NCBI GenBank assembly: GCA_905178155.1
Contig: CAJINV010000002.1
Location: forward strand, 6,366,476-6,430,475
Origin: Amoebophrya sp. A120
Taxonomy: Eukaryota > Protista > Dinoflagellata
Direction of reading: 5' to 3'
DNA length: 64,000 bases
How positions within the stretch are numbered: position 1 is the stretch's first letter; each line of letters begins with the position of its first letter. This document shows, piece after piece, positions 48,924 to 60,100 of this stretch. The notes beneath the pieces are model-generated. The model did no database searches and was not told the DNA's origin. It was given only the letters and a program-made list of their open reading frames with translations. Made by a program: the position numbers and the translations under genes.

Positions 48924-51900
48924 ATGTCTTCTATCATGACGAAACCTACTAAGAAAAGAGGCAGCACGAAGGCGGCTGTTTTTCCGTGCTGGTTCTACTT
49001 TTGCTTCCGTTTCGTCACCTTCCTCCAAGGACTCCCAACCCTGATCTTCGCTGTCGACCGGCAACAGTTTAGCAATGCGGCCACGAGACGAGTAAAGGTG
49101 GCAGCGGATCATGATCAACGACCTCGTCCCGAAGCAGGTGGAGGAACTACTACACCACCAGCAGATGTTGAAAATGGCGCAACGAAATTACCACCTAGCT
49201 CTGCTGCTGCGGCAGGAGTAGGAGGTCCGCCTGGGGTAGTACCGGGAAATATTAAGGGTGAAACCCTAGACAAAAAGAACGCAGAAGAGCAAAAACCTGC
49301 CGCAAAAGACAATCCAACACAAATTGTCTTCGATGAGCGCCTGGACGAATCGGGCCTGAAGGATATAAATGGTGAGGACGAGGACGTGGACGAACTGAAG
49401 CCGAGCGACGCTTCTGCGGAGCGAAAAATCGGACGGGAGCAGGAGGATTTGGTGGACAATCTCGTAAAGGTAAATTACCCGGTCTTATCAATTGTAAAAA
49501 TGTCTGGGTCTGGAAGATTCTGACACTTGTCATGCACATTTTGCATGAGCCCTGATGTCTGTGATGCATGCCCTAGCATCACAGATTCTTCGAGAGCTTC
49601 TTGATGCCTATTCCGCATGACAAATGCCCTCTCCGTGTAGCAAAAATTGCATTCCTGATGGTACTCATGCAATACAGATTTTTCTGGAATCCAAATGCAG
49701 CATCACAGGTTGCATTCTTCCAGACCCAGACATTTTTACATTTGATAGGTCTATCAGCTCGAACTGCACGCCACCTACAACCTGTGGAAACGCGCACAGG
49801 AGTTGAAACCGGACCTGTTTTCCTACATTGTGGCCTCGCTGAACCCAATCACGGAAGTCGGGGGGCTACGGGAGGACGAGGAGAAGGTGTGGTGGCTGCG
49901 GTACATCGTCATGGCGGCGTTTTACATGCTCATTTTGTCCTTTGCCGCCAACATGATGAGCGACGGCGCAGAACTGCTCATGCTGGTGCCCGAGTATGTG
50001 GACCTGGTCGGGTCGATCGTGTTGCCGCTGTTGGGCGCGTTCCCGGACGCGCTGTTCGTTTTGTTTTCCGGCTTGGGTCCAAGCGAGTTGGTGTACCGGA
50101 GAGTCACGGCCGGGTTCGGGTTTCTGGCTGGGTCCAGCTGCTTTCTGCTCTGCATCCCCCTAGCCGGCGTGATGGCGGCGGGCCGGGTGCCGGTGAGGAA
50201 CAACCCCAACAATCCGAAACAGCTCCTCGCAGACTACACCACGGAGGGCAAGGAGAAGGGCAAGACAAGCCGGGTGTGGGATTCGGGGGCGAGTCTGAAC
50301 CGCTCCGTGTTCAACGCCCTGCTGTGGACGTTTCTGACCTCCTTCACCACGGGGTTTGGCATTTTTGCAGCCTACGACTCAAAAGACCAGATGGTCGGGA
50401 TGGCGGAAAAATGGACCAACATCACGGAGAGCTCCGACGAGTGGCGCATGGTAGCCTTGCAGGAATACGTGGCGGACTTGAAGGGGGATAGCACACCCTT
50501 CTCGCAACAGAAGCCATTCGTGAGGTACTATGAATATTCTTGATCAAAGCAAGAGCGCTTGTCCAAGCTGAGTTTCGGTTTCCCTTTTAATCCCCCGATC
50601 TTGATATTCCGGCACTTCGTGGAGATGGTGAATCCAGCTGCCCGTAAAACTAACTTGGGGTAGTGTTTCGCTTTCGCTTATAAAATCATGATGCGCATTG
50701 AGATGAGTAAGTTATGAAGAGCAAGAAGCAAATCGCCACTACGTGTCAGCACGACCGCGCTGTCAATATAATTCCGTGTCCACCGATCCACAGGACCTAC
50801 TGGTGGTGGGAAGACGAGAACGCGTACTGGCGGTCCTACAGCACCATTGCGAAGCACCAGAAATTTTGGCTCCAAATGGGTTCCGGCGTGTGCCTGGCTT
50901 TGTGCGTGATGTACTGCGTCGCCAATCTTCGCGTCGCGCATAAGAAGAACCAGGCCCGGCAGGCCGGAGAGAATGAAACAGTTTCTACTGCAGGAGGCGC
51001 GGCGGGCCACCACGGGCACGGACCACAACCAAAGCAACTGCAACTACGGCACGGCGATACCAGTATGAAACACCAGCCGCTGTTCTCTTTCACCATATCC
51101 TGAGTAAAAACGTACCCACACCATAGTCAAGATGGGAAATCGGCTAGACAAATCCACAAGTTTTGGCTGTTTTGCATGACAAATTTGGATTCGTAGTGTA
51201 GTGCTGTTTGAGCTAGCTCAGCAGCATCACAGATCTAGCATACCATGCTGATTGGAGCATGACAAATTTCAAAACACCCTTAGAAAATGCTTCTCATGGG
51301 GCTCCGCATGGCAAACATTTTAAGCATGCAGATTTGCATGACAACTATGGTGTGGGTACGTTTTCACTCAGGATACACCAACGAGTCGCATCATCAGGAC
51401 ATGGTGGCCATCCGGAGTTCGCTGCGGCGGTCAATATTGTAAGGAAAAATCCCCCCTCCCCATATCGAAAAAGTATGATTCCGAAAATTTGTGTTGCTGA
51501 TTTGAGACCACAAATCACGTCTGTCTTGCAAGAAGACAAGTGCAGAAGCTTCCGCTCCATTATGGAAGCGATTTGGCATGCTGTTGCGCCTAGGGGGCAG
51601 CCGTGTGTAATGCTAAGCAACTAGACCCAAACACCCCTACCTAGGCCGAGGATCTGGCTGCGCTGCCTCACTGCAAGACAAATCAGATTTGTGTACGCAG
51701 ATCCGGCATCAGAAACTTCGTTTTGATATGGGGAGGGGGGATTTTTCCTTTTGATAGTCAAGTATGATTGACAACAACGAGTTGACGTTCCAAGCGGCGA
51801 TGGAGGGCTTGGTGCGGAAGAAAACGCTGAGCCCGCAGGAGAAGCAGCGTTATTTCCGCGAGACGCTGCGGCCCTTCTTCGAGCGGCGCGCCCAGCGGAT

Positions 51901-54825
51901 CCCGAACCACCCACTTTCGATCCTCAACGAACGCGAATTCCTGAAACTGCTGGAGCAGGTGGTGTCTGGTGGCGGGGGGAATGCGAATGATAATTCTAGC
52001 GGTTCTTTCGCACCAGCATCAGCAGGAGCTGCTGCCAGCAGTACAACGACCATCTCTATCGAGGAAGAGGAGCTTTTGTTGGGAAGATTTAAAACCATCG
52101 CCGCCAGCGAAGCTTCGCTGGCCCCCGTCCACAACCCGGGGGTGACTCTGGAGGAGTTCGCGGACATAATGTTGTGGTTTGTCGCGTACAAAGCGGAAGT
52201 AGCCGAGAAGAAGGCGCTGTTCTTGAAGAAACGGGGTGGGTCCTCTCTGACGCGGGACGACCTTCTAGCGTCGGGGGTTCATTTTCCCAGCGCGTCGTTC
52301 CCAAGTACTGCCGACGGGGGGAAAAGCAGTGTTGACAGGAAGATGGTCGATCGGGCACTGTTGGTTGGCTCATCTGGCGATGTTGAGACGAATGCGGCGA
52401 TCGACGGCTTTGTGGCCTTTCCAGGGACATTACCCGCGGGGGCAACCCCACCCCGCGCGGAGGGCGAAGCTGCGCTGCCGGTTATTTCGGAGGGGGAAGC
52501 TGCGCCGGCCATTGCGGAAGGCGAAGATATTACCGGAGGCAGGATGAATCGCTTCCCGGTGATTCCCATCAATGAGGGGATGTCACTCCACAGCTCCGTG
52601 CATTCCGCCATGCCTTCGGAATACCCCTCGCACGCCATGGGGGCCGGCGGGAAGGAGTCCGACGACGAGGTTCCGGAGGATCTGCGTCACCTCCCCTACG
52701 CGCTGCAGCAGCGGGCGCTGAAGCAGCGCGCCGCTTGGATGATCTTGGTGGGCGTGGTGTCGATCACGATCTTTGCGGAGGGGTATCCAAGAAGAAAACA
52801 TTGTAGGTGTAACTTTTTTGGGGGAACAGCATTACAAATTTGTCTGGCATGACAGCAAAAACCTGTCATGCGCAGATAGTACGTGAAAACGCCCTTTAAT
52901 GGGCCCTGCGATGCATGCCAAGCATGACAAGGTGCAATCATCTTGCATGTTGAGCATCACAAATTTACACTAACAACGTTTTTTTCATCTTGGATAAGGG
53001 GGCGACGGAGATGATTGTGTACACGGGCGACTTGTTGCGCGTTCCCACCTTCGCCGTCGCCTTCTTTCTCGGCTATCAAGGAACAAAAGTGTGTAAGTGT
53101 AACTTTCTTGGAGGAACAGCATGACAAATTTGCTCTGCATGACAGAGCTAACCTCTCATGCGTAGCTAGCACGTGAAAACCAAAACACTTACGAGAAGAA
53201 CCCCTAATGCGTGTCCAGCATGACAAGTGTAGGCGTCTTGCATCCTGTGCAACACAAAACTTTCACTTTCACTTTACACTATCGCAGTTTTTTTCTTGCA
53301 TATCGGCCCGCTGGCGACCAATGCGGGGGAGTTTTTCGCCGCCGTGCAGATTGGGAAGCTGAAAACCGAGGTGTCCACCAGCGTTTCGGTTTGTTCCTTG
53401 CTGGGCGCGGCGGTGTTCAACAACACTTTGGTTCTCGCGGTCTTGTACTTCCTGTGCTGGCGCCAGGGGCTCATGTTTTGCTTCCTCTCCCAAACCTGCT
53501 GCCTGCTCGTGTGCACCTGGGGGGTGAGCCTCCTGTTACTGGTCTTCTCCGTTAACGGCGCCGTGCGGGAAGACGGAGATAACATTGCTGAAGCGCCCAC
53601 GACCTCCAAAGTAGATGCTGACAGAAGTGCAAGCAGTACTACGGCAAACACGACCGGGACGACGAGACGCTCCCCGCGGGCGCAGCTGCCAGCGTCGGAA
53701 AACAAAAGTCCGGCGGCTTCTCCCGACACGCCTGCGCGGGACCTCCAGTTATCCGCCAGGGCGTTCTACGATCCGGCGTCGATGAAGGAGGGCCACAGTG
53801 CGAAGTTGGAAGCGGCGGAGAAGGAAAAGAAAGACTTGTGGTGGCAAGAGCACGTGATCATCAAGACCCCTGCCGCGTACACGATTTTCTGCATCTTTTT
53901 GCTCTCGTTCTGCACCTACCTCGTCTGCCACAGGTACGTTTTCCCCTGGGAGGCGGTGTGGTCCAAGGGCTACAACTTTTTTCCCAACAGCAAAAAACTG
54001 AAAGAAATGCTGAAAAAAGAAGAAAAAGGCATGAAAAGATTCCAAGAAGATGAGAGCGGCCGGAACGACGCACGTCGACGCCAGAGGTCGGGAGCGGCAG
54101 CGAACGCGGACTTAATGGGTGCTCACGATCCTGCAGGAGCGTTTCTGGAAGGACAAGAAAACCTCCTTCGTCCACTTCCAGCAGAACAAGATACGACGAA
54201 CATCTTTTCGTTCTTTGAACAGGCGCAGACGATGCTGAAGAGCGTTTTCAGTTCGAATGGTGAGTTAGATCTACAATTACCGGACGAGTGGCAGGACAAG
54301 AAACCTTTGGACGCCGTCGAGGTCAGCACGGGAACTGATTCAAAATTTCCTGCTCACGGAGATCAATTAGAAGCAACCCGAGTACTTTCTGCCTCGCCAA
54401 GCTTTGCAAGTAGCTCCAGTCGTGGAATCATGGGAGGCCACGAAGGTACTAGAACAAGCATGACCTACTTCGACCAGATGCAGCACAATTTGATTGCTGA
54501 GCCGCTGCTGTACTTGTTCCTCGCTTTGGTCGCGTTGACAGTGATGGCACTGCCGGTGGCGATTTACTACTGGAAGTCAGGACCAAAAGTGGAGGTTTGT
54601 GTCACCGCAAAGAACTTCAGGATAGACGAGAGTTCTAACGACACCGGATCAGTAACAAACACGACTAGCGGTAGTTCTAGTTCAATGTCCACTACTAGTC
54701 CAAGATCCGCACCATCACGAGACATGACGGCTGGGCTGGAAACTAAGAAGGAGACAAAATCCAGTGGGGACGCGAATTATGCCGGGAAGAAGTTGGCAAG
54801 TAGTGTTGGGAGCTTGGCAACTTGA
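48924..54825 (+). CDS. Na+/Ca2+ exchanger-like (NCL/EFCAX-type CaCA superfamily) membrane protein, multi-exon
   Basis: Alpha-1 region SDGAELL...GSIVLPLLGAFPDALFVLFSG and alpha-2 region PLATNAGEF...GAAVFNNTL; EF-hand-like remnants (VTLEEFADIM). Junction at 50.53-50.71 kb unresolved. Confidence 0.85.
49486..49747. mobile_element. Family A element inside canonical GT-AG intron 49470-49799
   Basis: Perfect DR ggtct; flanking exons join VK|ELKPD via GT-AG. Confidence 0.88.
51096..51375. mobile_element. Introner, family E
   Basis: DR cacca; join SFTNESH. Confidence 0.92.
51435..51756. mobile_element. Introner, family B
   Basis: DR gtcaa; join RRSSMIDN. Confidence 0.92.
52784..52996. mobile_element. 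Introner, family D
   Basis: DR agggg; join FAEGATEM. Confidence 0.88.
53074..53302. mobile_element. Introner, family D
   Basis: DR tcggc; join FFLGPLATN. Confidence 0.9.
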
Positions 54826-55187
54826 TAAAGATAGTAGTACTAATACGAAATAAAACAAAAATTGATCTAGAAAGTAGCCGATTTTATCATATTTCACACT
54901 ATTGTTCTATGCTATTCATGGATATTGCAAAAGATGACCTACTATGTTCTTGAGAGAAGGGATTTTCTTGAATGCCGTGTGCGTTGCTTGGCTGTCCTTT
55001 CAGAGCTTTAGTTTTGTTTATCGAGTGTAGAAGAATTCTCTTCAGAGACAGGTTGTGAAAACTGCCGGAATTCTGTGCCCGATTCTCGTAATTCATTCAT
55101 TACCACGGAAAAACTAAAACAGTCACTGAATTATTTTGTACCGATAAAACAAAAACTGTACATACAAATGAACAATAAGAGCTCGCG

Positions 55188-56467
55188 TTAGGGAGGAAAA
55201 CCGGGCGGAACGTGGTGAATCTTTAAAATTTTTCGCGCCTTCTCATCCGCCCCGGGCCCATCCTCATTCTGGCCCCCCTCCTTTCCGAGCTGGCTACTTG
55301 CCCCTCAGATATTACAGGGCGGGCATAGTACTCTTTGCGCCGCCTCCCTTCGTCCCCCTCCCCTTCAGCAGGCGGGGCGCCCATCCTAGGAACGGCCGAG
55401 TGCAACTCCGCGGCCCGGCTTTTTTGTCCCTATGGAGGCGGCATGCACCGCGAACGCAGCGCCGGGGCGCAAGTTATGCCGCAGCCCCCAAAGCAGCACG
55501 CCACAAAATGCCTGGAATGGCCGCCCGGCCTTCCGCGCCAGTAACCGTGGGGTGGCGGGCGCGCGCAAATTCATGGGCGGCCCCCGGGGCAAGGAGCCCC
55601 AAGGGCTCGGCAGCCGTTGGCCGTGTGCCAAGGGGGCAGGCCGCCGCGCAGAAAATACCATCGTGGGCGGCCCCCATAGATGCTTGCATTGCGCGGGGCC
55701 TCCGGAGGGCCCGATGGCGGCCGGGCCGCGGAGGACTCCCGAAGGGCCCCGATCGGGGTCATTTCTGGGGCCCAATATTTTTCCCAGATTTTTCCCAGAT
55801 TTGAACCCGATGCGGCCAGATTTACAGCGGTACGACGTCAAAGATTTTCGCCAGATTTTGCCCAGATTCGCCCCCCGGATGGGGTCGAATCTGGGGCCCG
55901 ATCTGGGCGAAATCTGGACGCCGGACATTTTCGCAAGATTTGGCCCCGACGCGGCCAGATTTACAGCGGTGCGACGTCAAAGATTTGCGCCAGATTTGCC
56001 CCGGGCCCGGGGCCAACACACTCCGGCGAACCCATGTCGGGTTCGCAGGCTGGCCCGCGCTGCGCCCCCCGGGCCAATCTGTGAGTATTCGGCTTCGGCG
56101 ACGACTTGGCCGCCCCAACTCAAGGAAGCTCGCGCGAGCGGACACGCGAAATGGTTTGTCGCTCTCTCCCGCCGAGCCCGCCCCAGACCGCTCGGCCCTT
56201 TCCTCCGCTTCCAAATGAAGTAGTTGCCTGTGGGGCCCGGCGACGAGGAGGCCAGACCGGTGCCCCCCATTCATTCGCCACCGCCCCCCTGCGCCCCCTA
56301 TTACGGATCACGCGCGCCGTCAGAAAGCAAGGGCGCAGGGCGCACACGGTGTGATGCTGTGAAGCCCCGCATACTGTAAGAGCTTGCGCGGCCTGTTCGG
56401 CCGGCCGAATGAGAATTCCAGAAAAATTTTAAAGATTCACCACGTTCCGCCCGGTTTTCCTCCCTAA
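55188..56467. mobile_element. Intergenic non-autonomous TIR element, 1280 bp, 47-bp perfect TIRs, 5-bp TSD
   Basis: ttagggaggaaaaccgggcggaacgtggtgaatctttaaaatttttc (55188-55234) and its exact reverse complement (56421-56467); tcgcg on both sides; GC-rich interior. Confidence 0.88.
55806..55997 (+). repeat. Internal 53-bp direct repeat pair and multiple CCAGATT motifs
   Basis: 55806-55858 vs 55945-55997 nearly identical. Confidence 0.8.
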
Positions 56468-57171
56468 TCGCGCTCCCTACCGCTAATTGGTAACGGCAGG
56501 ACTGATGGCTCGCAAATTTTTTACAGGTCTGTAGCGGACTGTGCCTTCGTGTCTGGTGTCTATCGCTTTTCAAGCTCCAATGAATTTCTGGGTGGACGAA
56601 CATATTAGAAACGAAGGGACGAGCACGAGAGTGATTCAGTACAGAGAATGTACTATGAAGAGCGAGAGGACGCGAGCGATCAGTGAGAGAGACCAGTTCT
56701 TGAGCGCACGAACAAAAGTGACAATGAAAAGATGCTTTTGACGAGTGACAAGCAAACGAGAATAGCGAGAAAATATTTTGTTGTTGCGCAGACTTAGTGC
56801 GTTTTTTCGTCTTGAGGCAGCTGAGTTTGTCGTAGCTTATTTTCTCGTGTGAAGACAAATGACTTTCAGTTTCAAACCGAGACTCAAACTTCTGCAGCAT
56901 CGAGGAAAAATTATGGAAGCTTCGCGTCCTCGAATCAGACTCAGCCTGTGTATTCATTTTCCCATCCCCATACACCTGGAGCACGGCAACCCTCGTGCAG
57001 TTTGAATTCACTTACCCCGTTGCATTTGCATGCACATAACAACTCAATCACCGCTTTAGAAGAGAAAGAGAAGGAGGAAAACACCTGCACGTACGAAAAG
57101 TTGCATTTGAGCTTCGGGACAAGGACGGCCATGTTCACTCGCCGAAGCATCGAAGCAAGAGCAGCGAGATA

Positions 57172-60100
57172 ATGACGCAACCGCCCGGAGGAGGGGAGGA
57201 CGGCGGCGGGGGCGGGTCGAGCTTCTCGGGAGGACCGCTCACAGGAGCGTCCGCCGCCTCGTCGTCCTCGAGAGTTACGATAAACAGGACGGATCACGAT
57301 AGAGACGACTACGGCTTGAGAATTATGACGACTGGTTGCAGCAGCAGCAGCAGTCCTGGTAGAAGTGCTACTTCCTCCTCCGGCGCTTCTCATCGCAGAA
57401 GACGCGACCTTGTTTTCGGGCGGAAGAACAAAAGACCACCGACCCCGACAACATCTCGTCCAAATGCCTCTGCACTGTCGCCTTCATCCGGAACAACAGT
57501 TTTGCAACAAAATTTAGCGACCATTCATCCCAGGTGGAGAAAAACCTCACAACAGAAAACTAGTACAATAATGTCCTCGTCTGCCAAGGTGAAGCGGAAA
57601 CGGCGGCGCTTACTGGCAGTAAATCCATTATTTCGCCGACCCACTACAGCCGGCGCGTTTTTTCTTCTCGGCGCTGCTACGTCTGGTGGAGTGTATGGTT
57701 TAGATGAGAAGATGGCGAGATGGCTGGAGGATAACATCGCAACGCCGGTCTTGAATGGCGAAAAGAACGGAGACATCATTTCACCAGAGGAATTTGAAAA
57801 GAGACGAAGACTGCAAGATGAAAAAAGCGGCGATAATCTTCCGAGTACGGGCTTACTCGCATCAACTTCATCGTCATCGAAAGCGGCCAGTAGGATGTTT
57901 CGCGCCGGCGATGCAGTAGATGAACAAGATGCGGAGGAAGAAGAGCTCGAGAGGCACCAATTCCTTCCCCTCGGTATGGCTCCGGACACCCCGCCCGACC
58001 GGGTCGCTGACGCCAGGCGCTATTTAGTCATGGAAGCGGAGCGGGAGCGCACCGGTTGGAAATACGCGGAAGAGTGGAGCAAGTACAGTGGGAAGGAAAG
58101 AACGAAGGCATTGTCATCATCATTTTCGAGGACGTCCTCGCGAGCCTTAGCAGCGACCGATGATGAACATCAAATAAACGCCGAGAAGAACAACGTGATG
58201 AAACACGCCTACGGTCACTCCGCCGTGACGAAAAACGTGCAATTTTTCACCGAATCCGACCAGTGGAAGCCAGATTCGCTGCACAACCGCGCGGTGCATG
58301 CGCAGCAGCGGAATTTGCTGCACGCAGACAACCCAAACTTTCCCAAAGCGCTGACACGGGGGGAAAAACCAATGATAATAACGCCAACCACGGACTACGA
58401 GCGACTGGTTCAACACGAACAGGGCAAGAAAAAGCCGTCCAAATTTTTCCTGCACGATCACAGCGAGAAGTCGGTGGGCGCCCGGAAACTGAGGAAATTG
58501 GCGGAGCAGAGGCATCGGGAACATTTATCTTCCGTCGACAACTACTTGACGAAAGAGGATCCGAAACTGGTCAGCTTGTGGGAAAAGAAAAAGAGCAACT
58601 ACAATCCATTCACGGCGGAGGAGAGCCATTTGAGGAGAACGTCGGAGTTGGAGGCACAGTCCGTTCGGAAGAACTCCGAGCACCAGGTTGATGATCCTTG
58701 CGCAGGAGCAGCAGAGAGGGAGCAACAAGTAGATTTCGAATCCGACAAGCTCCTCCTGGATAAAAAGCACGCGGATCAGCATGCAAGGAAAAGGTTAAGG
58801 CAATTAAAAGCGTCAACCGCTTTCCTGGAAGGGGGGTACAAGGCGGTGGAAGAAGACCTGCAGTCGCTCCCGCTCGACGAGCAGGCGAATTTCCGGGCGA
58901 ACCTGCAGGAGTTGGAGGACATAGCGGAGGAGTTGGAAGAGAATAACGTGCTGCACGAGATCTCTGACAACGACGGCGAGCACAACTTCGAATCCGTTGG
59001 TCTAAACGGGAAGAACGAGCTGTCCGTCATCGAAAACAGCGAGGAGGAGCAGAAGATGCAGATTGTCCGGGATCTCCGCCGAGCTCTCAAGGACCAAAGA
59101 GCGGGCATGAAAGTAGTGGACGTCGTGGCGAGGTTGCGGAAAAAACACGAAAACCGGAGGAGAAGAAGGCTAGAGGAGATAGAGCAGAACCAAATTTTGA
59201 AAATTAATGCCGGGGACAAAAATAAATCGTCGAATGCTGGGATGAAGTGCAGTGCAGAAGGCAGCAAAGGAGCAAGCAGTTTGTCTGCAGAGAAGGACCA
59301 CATCCGCAACCTAGTGGCCGCGGCCAAGGACGCCGACTTGGCGCAGCAAGATGAATTCCACAAAAGGTCTCTCTCCTCGCACGTCACCGGCACCTTCTTT
59401 GTCGTCCAACCACGAGCGATCGCTGGGTTTTACGACGGGAGAGACGAGTATTGCAAGCAGTGGACGGAATCCCCGCCGGTCGTTTCCCGGCTGAATCCCC
59501 AGTTCCCCCGCGACGGGACGGGCATTATGGAGCAGCAGAACAAGGCGTGCGGCGTCGGCATCATCAACTACTTTTTCACCATATCAAATGCAAAAATGTC
59601 TGGGTCTGGAAACTTGTGATGCTAAAAGTGGATGATAGCCGGACTGCAATAGGCAGCAAAGCATGACAAATTTTTGAGCTGCTATGTGTTGCGTATTCCG
59701 CATGAGAAACTGCCTAGGGCCAAGACGACACCGTGAGGACGACCACAGGGGTCCGTCTCAATGAAATGAAAATGACAGATAGGAGATGCTTTTCGTGCTC
59801 ATGCATCACAGATTCTCGAGTCATGTCAGACATGCATGACAAATGTAAGAATCTTCCAGACCCAGACATTTTTGCATTTGATACACCACGTCGGACGTCG
59901 ATACCTACGCGTCGAACCCCTCGATCCAGCAAGTTGTCTCCATCACGTTAAAGTGGGCCACGTTCGTGATATCCGAGACGTGTGAGAACCTGCTCGACGC
60001 GTCTGGTGGATTGGCCATTGCCTCCTGCCGCTTCCAGGCGAACGAGGCAAAGTTCTTCTTGTCGCAGGGCTTGAAGAAGAACACGGCTTACACCCTCGCC

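Noticed and set aside
50529-50705. Possible degenerate introner (DR ggtac/agtaa) in the exchanger gene
   Set aside because: An intron is needed here, but no TIR is visible and the 4|5 register would create a TAA stop. Left unresolved; it is a potential counter-example.
55298-56354. Several overlapping 130-260 aa ORFs inside the TIR element as a possible transposase
   Set aside because: Arg/Pro/Gly/Ala-rich translations expected from high GC; no DDE, HTH or recombinase motifs seen.
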